Source: Corallococcus sp. AS-1-12 (GTDB taxonomy: Bacteria > Myxococcota > Myxococcia > Myxococcales > Myxococcaceae). Taken from it: a stretch of 64,000 nt of DNA. The translations under genes and the position numbers were made by a program. The notes under the pieces were generated by a model. That model saw nothing but the letters and a program-made list of their open reading frames with translations, ran no database searches and had not been told where the DNA came from. Location: assembly GCF_020036995.1 (NCBI RefSeq), contig NZ_JAIQDD010000010.1:97433-161432 (forward strand), in the 5' to 3' direction. Shown in pieces: positions 1-9,318 of this stretch (position 1 is the first letter of the stretch; each line of letters opens with the position of its first letter).

Positions 1-70
1 CCGGAGTCGAAATCACAGCATCCTCCAACGTCAACGGCGTGAAACCTGTCCCGGAGGGAAGGGTCCCTGC

Positions 71-1111
71 TTAGAAGAACAGGCGAAGCAGGTCGTACCG
101 GGTCTCCGCGCCCAGCTTCCGGAGCAGGTTGGCCTGGTGGAACTTCACCGTGCGCTCGGTAATCCCTAGCACCGTCGAGATGTCGGTGGGCGAGCGGCCG
201 AGCGCGAGATATCGCAAGACATCTCCCTCCCGCTCGGACAGCCGCGCGGCGTTCGCCATGCGCCGCACCTTGGCCTCGAAGAGGCCGCTGAGCGTGTCAT
301 CCCCGATGGTGTGCACGCTGACGCGCGCGGTGCCGGCGCCCGTGGGCGTGGCGGTGATGACCTCATAGCCCTCGGCGTGCCCGGCGGCCTGCCGCACGAC
401 GGTGTGCGGCCAGGAGGAGGGCGCCGCCGCCATCAGCGGACAGTCCAGGCAGGGCGCGTCGCGGTGCGCGAAGGCGCCGAAGCACGGCCGGCCCACCATC
501 TCCTCCAGCCGCGCCTCCCCGGAGGTCCACACCGCCTTGAGGGTCCCGAAGGACGACAGCTCGGTGGAGATTTCGTAGCTCAGGTCCCCTCGGGGCCCGT
601 GGGCCGCGGCCACGTCGGGAACGGCGCCTGGCTCGGGGACGGGGAGGGGCGGCGCCGAGCGCGTGACGATGGCCACCAGCCGCAGGGGAGGGCGGCCCAC
701 GGCGGCCACGTCCAGCTCCACTGGCAGCCGCTCACCGTCGCGCGTGAGCACCTGTGTCTCCATCCGGGGCTCGGCGCTGGTGAAGAGGGCCCGCAGCGCC
801 CGCCCCACCTCGCGCCCGTGCTCGCGCGGCGTGCAGACCTCCGCCCAGCGGCGCCCCAGCAGCTCCTCACGGGGCCGGCGCAGGAGCGCGGTGAACGCGC
901 TGTTCGCCAGCTCGATGCGGCCTCGCCGGTCCATCACGACGATGGGCCGCGTGTCCCGCTCCGCGAGCAGCGACGCGGTCAACGACCAGTCCATGATGCC
1001 CCCCAGCCGTTGCAACCCCGTGCAAGCCTCACACGGGTAGTGCTGAATTACTCGCTTTGAGAAGCTTACCGCGAGACGCCTGCGTTTGCATTTGGACAAA
1101 CGTTCAATCAC
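71..1111 (-). CDS. LuxR-family transcriptional regulator with N-terminal PAS-like domain
   Basis: C-terminal LuxR/FixJ HTH (LSEREGDVLRYLALGRSPTDISTVLGITERTVKFHQANLLRKLG). PAS-like region (IVVMDRRGRIELANSAFTALL). The likelier start is the internal Met at ~994 (MDWSLTASLL). Confidence 0.7.
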   Translation of the reverse strand: MIERLSKCKRRRLAVSFSKRVIQHYPCEACTGLQRLGGIMDWSLTASLLAERDTRPIVVMDRRGRIELANSAFTALLRRPREELLGRRWAEVCTPREHGREVGRALRALFTSAEPRMETQVLTRDGERLPVELDVAAVGRPPLRLVAIVTRSAPPLPVPEPGAVPDVAAAHGPRGDLSYEISTELSSFGTLKAVWTSGEARLEEMVGRPCFGAFAHRDAPCLDCPLMAAAPSSWPHTVVRQAAGHAEGYEVITATPTGAGTARVSVHTIGDDTLSGLFEAKVRRMANAARLSEREGDVLRYLALGRSPTDISTVLGITERTVKFHQANLLRKLGAETRYDLLRLFF

Positions 1112-1282
1112 AGACCGTCGCGTTCAGGGGAGGACGGTCCGTGTGCGCGCCTGTCCGCCTGGGGGGCGTGCCGGAAACCTGGAACGTCCCCCTGAATCCG
1201 GGCAACCTGCTGCATCGCCTGGGCCCGGGGATTACTCCCAGGGCTTCCCCGCCGTCCCCTCCGTGGGAGAGGAGCTGCACGC

Positions 1283-2341
1283 ATGAGCGCACCGCGACGA
1301 CCCGCGCAGTTCGACCTCTTCACCGGCGCGCTGGAGGAGCCACCCGCTTCGTCGCGGCGCAGGACCCAGCCGGTCGGGCCCGCCGCGCCGTCCGACAGCC
1401 TGCGCATGTTGGGGGAGCAGCTCCCGCGCGGCGTCTACCTGGGCACGTCGTCGTGGACGTTCCCGGGGTGGAACGGGCTCGTCTACGACCATGAGGCCAG
1501 CACGACCCAGTTGGCGCGCGAGGGCCTGGCCGCCTACGCGCACCACCCGGTGCTGCGCACGGTGGGCATCGACCGGACCTTCTACGCGCCGGTGCCGGCC
1601 AGCACCTTCGCCGAGTACGCGCAGCAGGTCCCGGACGGCTTCCGCTTCCTGGTGAAGGCGCATGAAGCCTGCACGCTGGCGCGCTTCCCCGTGCACGAGC
1701 GGTACGGCGCGCACCGGGGGCAGGTGAATGACCGCTTCCTCCAGGCGGCCTACGCCGTGGACCACGTGGTGGCGCCGTTCCTGGAGGGGCTGGGCGACAA
1801 GGCCGGGCCGCTCGTCTTCCAGTTCCCGCCGCAGGACCCCGCGGCGCTGGGCGGCGCGGGCCGCTTCGTGGAGCGGCTGCACGCGTTCTTCTCCGCGCTG
1901 CCCCGGGGGCCGCTGTACGCGGTGGAGGTGCGCAACGAGGAGCTGCTCACGGAAGGCTTCGCCCAGGCGCTCGCGGACACGGGCGTGAGCCCGGTGCTCG
2001 CGGTGTGGGCGCACATGCCGCCCGTCGCGCGGCAGGCGAAGCTCACGCGCGCCTTCGAGGCCCGCGCCGTGGTGGTGCGCTGGATGCTGCCGCCGAACCT
2101 GGGCTACGAGGAGGCCTACGCCCGCTACGCGCCCTTCAACCGGCTGGTGGACGAGGACGTGGGCACCCGCGACGTGCTGGCCCGCGTGTGCATGGCCGCG
2201 GTGCGGCGCGACCGGCCCGTCTTCGTGACCATCAACAACAAGGCGGAAGGCAGCGCCCCCCTGTCCGCCGTCCGGCTCGCGGAACGCGTCGTGTCACACA
2301 AGGAGGAGGGCGGCCAGCGAAGCGTTGCTCACGCAACATGA
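1283..2341 (+). CDS. DUF72 (YecE-like) family protein
   Basis: Characteristic DUF72 N-terminal motif (YLGTSSWTFPGWNG). Long ORF with high GC3. Confidence 0.8.
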   Translation: MSAPRRPAQFDLFTGALEEPPASSRRRTQPVGPAAPSDSLRMLGEQLPRGVYLGTSSWTFPGWNGLVYDHEASTTQLAREGLAAYAHHPVLRTVGIDRTFYAPVPASTFAEYAQQVPDGFRFLVKAHEACTLARFPVHERYGAHRGQVNDRFLQAAYAVDHVVAPFLEGLGDKAGPLVFQFPPQDPAALGGAGRFVERLHAFFSALPRGPLYAVEVRNEELLTEGFAQALADTGVSPVLAVWAHMPPVARQAKLTRAFEARAVVVRWMLPPNLGYEEAYARYAPFNRLVDEDVGTRDVLARVCMAAVRRDRPVFVTINNKAEGSAPLSAVRLAERVVSHKEEGGQRSVAHAT

Positions 2342-2379
2342 CTTGCGCGCGAGCACGGCGCTTGCTTACGTGATTGGCC

Positions 2380-2688
2380 ATGAAGGTGATGACCCTGGCC
2401 GCGCTGTTGATGCAGATGACCTCCGCCGGTGGCGCCGGCTCGGAGGGCAGGCGTGCGGGCAATCACGTGGACCTGGTGGGTGAAGGCCACCCGCGCGCGG
2501 TGAAGGAGGACATCACCTCGCTCAAGGGGGAGATCACCAGCCTGAAGGAGCAGTTCCGGCTGGCGCGCGAGCGTCAGCGCCTGGCGGCCGAGGAGAAGCA
2601 GCGCCAGGAGGAGGCCCGCTACGGTGTCACGCCGAAAGCCACCCCCGCCGCTGCCACCCGAGGGGCCGGAGCCTCCACCCACCCCTGA
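2380..2688 (+). CDS. small coiled-coil ORF; possibly the frameshifted 5' part of the downstream Smr gene
   Basis: GC3-rich ORF with a heptad-like segment ([37 protein letters not shown]). It ends inside a Pro-rich tract where the Smr reading frame begins. Confidence 0.35.
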   Translation: MKVMTLAALLMQMTSAGGAGSEGRRAGNHVDLVGEGHPRAVKEDITSLKGEITSLKEQFRLARERQRLAAEEKQRQEEARYGVTPKATPAAATRGAGASTHP

Positions 2689-2962
2689 GGAGCTGGGGGC
2701 GGTAGAAATTCCGGTCGATGGGAACCTCGACCTGCATCTCTTCCAGCCTCGCGAGGTGAAGGAGCTCGTCGCCGAGTACCTCTGGGCCTGCCGCCAGAAG
2801 GGCGTGCTCGACGTGCGCATCATCCACGGCAAGGGCACGGGCGCGCTGCGGCGCACCGTGCAGTCCCTGCTGCCCACGCTGCCGGAGGTCGAAAGCTTCC
2901 AGCCGGCCTCCGAGGCGGACGGAGGCTGGGGCGCGACGTGGGTGCGGCTCAAGCCCCTGTGA
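2624..2962 (+). CDS. Smr-domain protein
   Basis: Smr signature (LDLH...[23 protein letters not shown]). GTG start at 2624 overlaps the upstream ORF in another frame. Confidence 0.7.
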   Translation: MSRRKPPPPLPPEGPEPPPTPEELGAVEIPVDGNLDLHLFQPREVKELVAEYLWACRQKGVLDVRIIHGKGTGALRRTVQSLLPTLPEVESFQPASEADGGWGATWVRLKPL

Positions 2963-2977
2963 CGGGGCCCGCGCTCC

Positions 2978-5806
2978 TCAGGACAGCCAGAAGTACGCGG
3001 AGGCGATGAGGGTGCGCTTCTCCGTCACGCGCGCCTTGTTCGCCAGCTCCGCCATCTGCCGGTCCTTGGAGGCGTAGCGCTTCTCCTCTTCGTTGCGCAG
3101 CGACGCCAGCTTGCGGCGGTAGTCGCGCTCCATCCGGTCCGAGTGCGCCCGCGCCTTCGCGCGCTCCGCGACGTCCTCGATGCCAGAGACCTCCTTGCGC
3201 GCGTCGAACCACGCCTGGCGGGCGGCCTCCACCACCTCGCGCGACTCCATCAGGCAGTCCTCGACGTAGCGGTCCGCGCGCTCCTTGGCCTTGTCCAGCT
3301 CCAACGCGTTGCGCCGTTCCGCGGCCCGAATCAGCTCATCCTTGGCGGTCATGAGCGACTGCTCTTGCATGAGCTGGACCGACACCGGCGCGGGCTGCCG
3401 CCGCTTCTCCTCCTTGGCGTCGAGCTTCGTGAAGTGGACCCCGTCCGTCAGCGGCAGGGCGCGGAAGCCGCCGTCCCGGTCCTTCACCAGCACCAGGTGG
3501 ACCAGCTTCTCCTCCGGCTTCAGGCCCGTGGTCTCGAACTTGTAGACGAACCACCAGCCCTCGCTGCCGGCCAGCCGCGCCAGCCGCGAGGGCAGGCCAG
3601 CCGCGTCCAGTTGCAGGTAGCTGACGGTGTCCTGGGTGCGGTCGCGCACCGCGTAGGCGGCCTTGGCCACCTGGAGCCGTCCGGAGGTGCGGCTGCCCAG
3701 CACGGAGCCGGTGAGCGCCTTCGCCTCCTGCTGGCGCCTGGCCACGACCTCCTTGGCGGCGTCACCCGCCACGCGCAGGCGGCGGCGCACGTCACCGTCG
3801 AAGCGCTCCAGCACCACCGAGCGCATCGACGTCATGCGCTGGTTGATGCTGCCCTCCAGCTCCTCGCGCAGCTTGTCGAAGGCGCTGTTGATGTCCTTCG
3901 GGTCGCGGCAGGACTGGTAGATGTCCAGCACGCGCCGCTCGAAGTCGACGCCGCTCTCCAGCGCGCCCAGGATCTCGTCGGACGCGCCGAACACGCCGTC
4001 GAAGAGGTTGAGCTTCTTCTCCAGGAGCTCGAACAGGCGCGCGTCCGCCGCGTTCTGCCGGTTGAGGAAGTTCACCACCAGCACGTCGCGCTGCTGGCCG
4101 TAGCGGTGGCACCGGCCGATGCGCTGCTCCACGCGCTGCGGGTTCCACGGCAGGTCGTAGTTCACCACCAGGTTGCAGAACTGGAGGTTGAGGCCCTCCG
4201 CGCCCGCTTCCGTGCAGATGAGGATCTGCGTCTTGTGGCGGAACTCCTCCACCAGCGCCCGGCGCTCCTCGGGCGTGCCGCCGGCGTCGCCGGACAGCAG
4301 GGAGATCTTCCCCTTGTAGCCGTGCTCCGACAGCAGGTTGAACAGGTACTGCTGCGTGCGCTTGGACTCCGTGAAGATGAGCGCCTTCTCCGGCCAGGAG
4401 TGCGTGCGCATCACCGCGAAGGTGCGGTCCAGGGCGCGCTTGAGCGCCTCACCCTTGGCGTTGATGCGGATGGAGTCCGCGAGGTCCGCGTACTGCCGCA
4501 GCTCCCAGACCTCCTGCTCCAGCGTGCGGACCTGGGGCGCCTTGGCGGGGTCGTCGGACCACTCCTCGCCCTCCTCCACGAACTGCTTGGCCTCTTCCGG
4601 CTCGAAGAGCGACAGGGCCTGCTGCCCCAGCCGCGCGGCCGTCAGGCGCTTCTCCAGGTTCTCCGACAGCCGCCGCAGCGTGGGCGCGATGGCGAACGTG
4701 GAGGAGGCCAGCAGCTTGCGGTAGCACAGCGTCAGCAGCGTCTTCTTGCCCGGCTCGATGGCCGCGGCCTCCGAGCGCTGCAGGTACTCGCTGACCTTCT
4801 CGTAGAGGTCGTGCTCCTCCGGGGAGGGGTGGAAGTCCTCCACGATGCTGCGGCGGTTGGTGTAGCGGACGTACTCGCGCACCTGCCGGCGCAGCGTGCG
4901 CTGCACCACCGGGGCCAGCCGCTCCTTGAGCTCGCAAGCGGCGGCCTCCGTCATGCCGCCGCCCTCGTCCGCGCGGTAGCGGCTGCGGAAGGCGTGCTCG
5001 GGGCCCAAAATCTGCTCGTCCAGCAGCGACATCAGGCCGAACAGCTCCATCAGGTCGTTCTGGAGCGGGGTGGCGGTGAGCAGCAGCTTGGGGCGGCCCG
5101 CGAGCGACGCGCGCAGCGCCTGGCCCGTCTTGTTGTTGGCCCGGTGCGCGTTGCGCAGGCGGTGGGCCTCGTCGATGATGACCAGGTCCCAGGGGATCTC
5201 CGCCACGAGCGCGGACTTGTTCGCCGCGAACGGGTGCGAGCAGATGACGGGGAAGGGCTGGTCGAAGCAGTTGTTGTGCTTCTTCACGTCGCGGCCGTCG
5301 ACGAGGACGCTGTCCAGGTCGAACTTCTCGCGCAGCTCCGCGTTCCACTGCGCGCGCAGCACGGCGGGGGCCAGGATGAGGATGCGGTTCTTGCCCTCCG
5401 CCATGAGCTGGGCGACGACGAGGCCCGCCTCGATGGTCTTCCCCAGGCCCACCTCGTCCGCGAGCATGCAGCCGCCGCGCGACAGCGTGTCGAGCGCGAA
5501 CATCGCGGCCTCGACCTGATGCGGGTTGAGGTCCACCTTCGCCTCGGCCAGCGCGTTCGCCAGCCGCTGCTGCGTGTCTCCGCTGCGCGCGAGCAGCTCC
5601 TCGGCGAGGAGCCGCTCGTGGAAGGGCGTCAGCCCCGCCTCCACCAGCTCCTCCGCGGCGCGGGCCGCGATGGCCGCGGCGTCCGCCTCGACCTCCAGCT
5701 TCAAACCCCTCACGACCTCCGCCAAGTCCCGCCTCCCGTCCGGTTTGGAGCGTGCGCGCGTGCGCGCGAACAGTTGAGGCGCGCCATTCTGGGCAGCGAT
5801 CGGCAT
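2978..5806 (-). CDS. SNF2-family DEAD/H helicase (Swi2/Snf2 ATPase)
   Basis: Helicase motif I (LADEVGLGKTIEAG), motif II (DEAHRLRN), and C-terminal helicase motifs (LNLQFCNLVVNYDLPWNPQRVEQRIGRCHRYGQ). Start set at ATG 5806 (MPIAAQNG...). The longer ORF to 6823 is a low-complexity upstream read-through. Confidence 0.85.
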   Translation of the reverse strand: MPIAAQNGAPQLFARTRARSKPDGRRDLAEVVRGLKLEVEADAAAIAARAAEELVEAGLTPFHERLLAEELLARSGDTQQRLANALAEAKVDLNPHQVEAAMFALDTLSRGGCMLADEVGLGKTIEAGLVVAQLMAEGKNRILILAPAVLRAQWNAELREKFDLDSVLVDGRDVKKHNNCFDQPFPVICSHPFAANKSALVAEIPWDLVIIDEAHRLRNAHRANNKTGQALRASLAGRPKLLLTATPLQNDLMELFGLMSLLDEQILGPEHAFRSRYRADEGGGMTEAAACELKERLAPVVQRTLRRQVREYVRYTNRRSIVEDFHPSPEEHDLYEKVSEYLQRSEAAAIEPGKKTLLTLCYRKLLASSTFAIAPTLRRLSENLEKRLTAARLGQQALSLFEPEEAKQFVEEGEEWSDDPAKAPQVRTLEQEVWELRQYADLADSIRINAKGEALKRALDRTFAVMRTHSWPEKALIFTESKRTQQYLFNLLSEHGYKGKISLLSGDAGGTPEERRALVEEFRHKTQILICTEAGAEGLNLQFCNLVVNYDLPWNPQRVEQRIGRCHRYGQQRDVLVVNFLNRQNAADARLFELLEKKLNLFDGVFGASDEILGALESGVDFERRVLDIYQSCRDPKDINSAFDKLREELEGSINQRMTSMRSVVLERFDGDVRRRLRVAGDAAKEVVARRQQEAKALTGSVLGSRTSGRLQVAKAAYAVRDRTQDTVSYLQLDAAGLPSRLARLAGSEGWWFVYKFETTGLKPEEKLVHLVLVKDRDGGFRALPLTDGVHFTKLDAKEEKRRQPAPVSVQLMQEQSLMTAKDELIRAAERRNALELDKAKERADRYVEDCLMESREVVEAARQAWFDARKEVSGIEDVAERAKARAHSDRMERDYRRKLASLRNEEEKRYASKDRQMAELANKARVTEKRTLIASAYFWLS

Positions 5807-5940
5807 CTGTAAAGGGGGTCCTCCCGGAGGCCGAAAACTCGGCCTCCGCGCGATTGGCAAGCCCGCTGTTCGGCGGAGCGACGCATGCGCGCGCGAGCAC
5901 TGGAATGTCTCAAAGGGCTTGACGAATGCGCCGTGAGCGC

Positions 5941-7266
5941 TCAGAGCCGCCCGCGCGCCTTCACGTCCAGGTACACGTTGAGTGCAGCGGCGCCGAAGCC
6001 GCGTGCCGGCGCGCGCACCACCAGGGCCCCCGCGTCGCGCAGCGTGGTGGCGGTGCGGCGGTACTCGGCCTCCATGCGGGAGGCGGCCTGCCGTGCGTAG
6101 GCGGACGTCGCGTCGCCGGGCACGTCCGTGGCGGCGGCCTCCAGGTCCTCGTCCAGCAGCGACGCGACGACGGGCAGGTGCCGGGGGCGCAGGGCCAGCG
6201 TGCGCGTGAGGAGCGCGGAGGACGCGTCCGGATCCACCAGGTCGGTGAAGAGCACCACCAGCGCGCGGCGCGTCTGGCGGGCGAAGGCGAAGTCGAACGC
6301 GCGGCCGTAGTCGCTCTCCTCCAGGCCGGCCTCCGCGCGGTAGAGGGACTCGGTGATGAGGCGCAGGTGCTCCGCGCCCTTGCGCGGGGGCAGGAAGGCG
6401 CGCACGTCGCTGGCGAACGCGAGCACGCCCACCACGTCGCCCGCGTCCAGGCTCACGCGCGCCAGCCGCAGCGCCGCGTCCACCGCGTGGTCCAGCTTCC
6501 TTCGCCCCTGCACCCGGCCCGCCATGTGACGGCCGCAGTCCAGGAGCAGCAGCACGGGCTGGTTGCGCTCCGGCTGCCACGTGCGCACCAGCGTGTGGCC
6601 GTGGCGCGCGGAGGACTTCCAGTCGATGTGGCGGTAGTCGTCGCCGGGGCGGTACTCGCGCAGCGATTCGAACTCGCGGCCCTCCACGGACTTGCGCGGC
6701 AGCGTGCGCGCGGAGACTGCCTCCGACGCGCGCGCCAGCGTCAGCGCCTCGCGCGACAGGGCGCGCAGGTCCGGATACACCTTCACGTCCTGGCCCGCGG
6801 GCAGCCGCACCTGCCGCGAGCACAGGCCCAGCGGCCCCATCAGCCGCAGGTTCACGTCGCCGAAGCGCGCGTCGCCCCGGGAGAGCGGGTGCACGCGGTA
6901 TGTCAGCCGCGTGGCGTCGTGGGGCTCCAGCGTGAAGGGCTGACGGTGGCCATGGCTCTCCACGTCCAGGGGCGGCTCGTCTCGCAGCTCGCCGCGCACG
7001 GGCCCGTCCGCGCGCGAGCGCAGCTCCCAGCGCACGGTGTTGTCCACGCCGGAGGAGAGGATGGGCTCCACCTCGCGGCGCGCGTCGACGTCACGGGCCT
7101 GCGGCGCGCGCAGGAAGTCCACCGCGCACAGGAGCAGGACGGCCACGTCCACCGCGAGCGCCAGCCACCCGAAGGCGGGGCTCGCCACCGCGAGCGCGGC
7201 GGGCACGAGCGCCCCGGCGAACAGCGCCACGGCGAGGCCGCTGGGGACGGGGCGCCCTGGGCTCAC
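5941..7266 (-). CDS. DUF58 (vWA-like) protein, MoxR partner
   Basis: DUF58 motifs ([24 protein letters not shown]; [11 protein letters not shown]) plus N-terminal TM helices. GTG start at 7266 overlaps the MoxR stop (GTGA). Confidence 0.8.
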   Translation of the reverse strand: MSPGRPVPSGLAVALFAGALVPAALAVASPAFGWLALAVDVAVLLLCAVDFLRAPQARDVDARREVEPILSSGVDNTVRWELRSRADGPVRGELRDEPPLDVESHGHRQPFTLEPHDATRLTYRVHPLSRGDARFGDVNLRLMGPLGLCSRQVRLPAGQDVKVYPDLRALSREALTLARASEAVSARTLPRKSVEGREFESLREYRPGDDYRHIDWKSSARHGHTLVRTWQPERNQPVLLLLDCGRHMAGRVQGRRKLDHAVDAALRLARVSLDAGDVVGVLAFASDVRAFLPPRKGAEHLRLITESLYRAEAGLEESDYGRAFDFAFARQTRRALVVLFTDLVDPDASSALLTRTLALRPRHLPVVASLLDEDLEAAATDVPGDATSAYARQAASRMEAEYRRTATTLRDAGALVVRAPARGFGAAALNVYLDVKARGRL

Positions 7267-8198
7267 CGGGGCACTCGCACCCGTTCGAGCAACTGCTTCA
7301 GCACGTCGTCCGCGGTGACGCCCTCCACCTCCGCCTCGGCCTTGAGGAGGAGCCGGTGGTTGAGGACGCTGGGCGTCACGGCCTTCACGTCGTCCGGGGT
7401 GACGAAGTCGGTGCCCCGGAGCGCCGCGTGCGCCTTGGCCGCCGCGAGCAGGGCCTGGGCGGCGCGGGGGCTCGCGCCCAGCCGCACGCGGGGGTGGGCG
7501 CGGGTGTCGCGCACGAACTGCACCACGTACTGGAGGATGGAGTCGTCGCACGCGACGCGCGCCGCGCGGTCCTGCAGCTCCGTCAGCGTCCCCGCGTCCA
7601 GCACGCGGGACACGCCGGGCGGGCGGCCCTCGCGCTGATGGAAGGCGCGCAGGAGCGACGTTTCGGCGTCGCCGTCCGGGTAGCCCACGCGCACGCGCAT
7701 GAGGAAGCGGTCCAACTGCGCCTCGGGGAGGGGATAGGTGCCCTCCAGCTCCAGCGGGTTCTGCGTGGCCACGACGAAGAAGTGGGGCGGCAGCGCGTGG
7801 GTGACGCCGTCGATGGTGACCTGCCGCTCCTCCATGGCCTCCAGGAGCGCCGCCTGCGTCTTGGGCGGCGTGCGGTTGATCTCATCCGCGACCAGGACCT
7901 CCGTGAAGACGGGGCCCTTCATCAGGCGGAAGGACTGCGACTGCGGCTGGAAGACGTTGGTGCCCAGGATGTCCGCGGGCATCAGGTCCGGGGTGAACTG
8001 CACGCGGGAGAAGGACAGGCCCAGCGCCCCCGCCATGCTGCGCGCGGTGAGCGTCTTGGCGACCCCGGGCACGCCCTCCAGCAGCACGTGACCGCGCGCG
8101 AGGAAGGCCGTCACCAGGTCGGCCAGCACGCGGGGCTGGCCCACGACGGCCGAGCCCAGCGCGTCGAGGAGGCGGGAGAGGGGCGTGGCGTCGGACAT
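7263..8198 (-). CDS. moxR: MoxR-family AAA+ ATPase
   Basis: Walker A ([11 protein letters not shown]), Walker B ([23 protein letters not shown]). Typical MoxR length of ~311 aa. Confidence 0.9.
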   Translation of the reverse strand: MSDATPLSRLLDALGSAVVGQPRVLADLVTAFLARGHVLLEGVPGVAKTLTARSMAGALGLSFSRVQFTPDLMPADILGTNVFQPQSQSFRLMKGPVFTEVLVADEINRTPPKTQAALLEAMEERQVTIDGVTHALPPHFFVVATQNPLELEGTYPLPEAQLDRFLMRVRVGYPDGDAETSLLRAFHQREGRPPGVSRVLDAGTLTELQDRAARVACDDSILQYVVQFVRDTRAHPRVRLGASPRAAQALLAAAKAHAALRGTDFVTPDDVKAVTPSVLNHRLLLKAEAEVEGVTADDVLKQLLERVRVPR

Positions 8199-8257
8199 GG
8201 TGGCGGGCGACGGTAGCCCGCCTCACGTCCGGCGCGGCAGCGAAAAACCGGTGGGGC

Positions 8258-9232
8258 CTACTCCTGGCGCTTCAGCCCCATCAGGCTGCCCAGCACCGCG
8301 ATGACGCCGCCGAGGATGCCCAGGAAACAGCCGATGCTCGGCGACGAGTTCATCATCTCCGAGTTGCCGAGCGGCGACGGCACGAGCGTGGTGTCCGAGG
8401 ACAGCTTCAGGAACACCAGCGACCAGACGAGGGTCACCACGCTGCAGACCATCTGCGCGCCCCACGGCAGCATGGGGTTCACCCAGGTCATCACCTGACG
8501 CGCCCGCAGGCCCACGAAGACCATGGTCGCCACGGCGAAGAGGAAGGAGATGAACCCCAGGCTGATGAGGCCCAGGAAGTCGCCGTCCGCCGCCGTCTCC
8601 TTCCACGGCATGAAGCAGGAGAGCACCACCAGCGTCGCGCCCCAGAACGCGATGCGGTCTCCGCCCTCCAGCTCGCGCAGGAACGAGCGCGCGTCGTCCA
8701 GCAGGACCTCCGGATCGTCGATGGGCGAGCGGGGCGACTCCAGCTCACGCGCCTCGCGGGACCAGGGATCCGCCACCGCGTCGCCCACGTCGTCCTCGTC
8801 CTCCTGGACGGGGGCGGGAGCCGGGGCGCGGCGGGCCGGCGCGCGAGCGGCCTTGGCGGCGCCACCGGCCCGGGCGGGAGCGGCGCGCTGGGCCTTCTCC
8901 CGGGCGATGTCGTCCATGCTCCGCACGTTGGTGGCGTCATCGCTCGGCGGCGGCGCGGCGGGGCGGGCGCCCGTCCTGGCGCGGGCCGGGGCGGGGCGTG
9001 CACGGGGCTCCGGAGCGGCGCGGGCCGGAGGGGGCCGCGAGCGCGGCGGAGGACGGACGCCGGTGCTCTCGTCATCGCCGCCGGAGTTCCCCTCATCCCC
9101 GGTTCCCCCAAGGAAGGACTCGTCGATGATGTGGTCGCAGTGGGGGCAGATGGCGGTGTCTTCCGCGACCTTGCGATTGCAGCCTGGGCAGTTCAGGGCC
9201 GGTGCTCCGGGAGGGGGGAAACGGCCCGGCAT
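8258..9232 (-). CDS. zinc-ribbon / proline-rich / C-terminal multi-TM membrane protein (hypothetical)
   Basis: N-terminal CPGC...CPHC zinc ribbon. Long Pro/Ala/Arg-rich linker. About 4 hydrophobic helices at the C-terminus. Co-oriented with MoxR-DUF58. Confidence 0.6.
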   Translation of the reverse strand: MPGRFPPPGAPALNCPGCNRKVAEDTAICPHCDHIIDESFLGGTGDEGNSGGDDESTGVRPPPRSRPPPARAAPEPRARPAPARARTGARPAAPPPSDDATNVRSMDDIAREKAQRAAPARAGGAAKAARAPARRAPAPAPVQEDEDDVGDAVADPWSREARELESPRSPIDDPEVLLDDARSFLRELEGGDRIAFWGATLVVLSCFMPWKETAADGDFLGLISLGFISFLFAVATMVFVGLRARQVMTWVNPMLPWGAQMVCSVVTLVWSLVFLKLSSDTTLVPSPLGNSEMMNSSPSIGCFLGILGGVIAVLGSLMGLKRQE

Positions 9233-9318
9233 CTTCCCGGCCCCGGCGCGCGGCTGTCAAACCCGTTCAGCGCCATAACCCCTGGATTTTCGCGGGGAAT
9301 TGACCTAGCCCCTCGGGC

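Noticed and set aside
3143-5812. 889-aa ORF on + strand
   Set aside because: Antisense to the SNF2 helicase gene. Arg/Leu/Ala-rich low-complexity translation typical of high-GC spurious frames. No motifs.
2978-6823. Full 1281-aa extent of the SNF2 ORF
   Set aside because: The upstream 339 codons are Arg/Gly/Pro-rich low complexity and overlap the DUF58 gene. The helicase-like N-terminus begins at Met 5806.
5926-7638. 570-aa ORF on + strand
   Set aside because: Antisense to the DUF58/MoxR genes. Low-complexity high-GC artifact.
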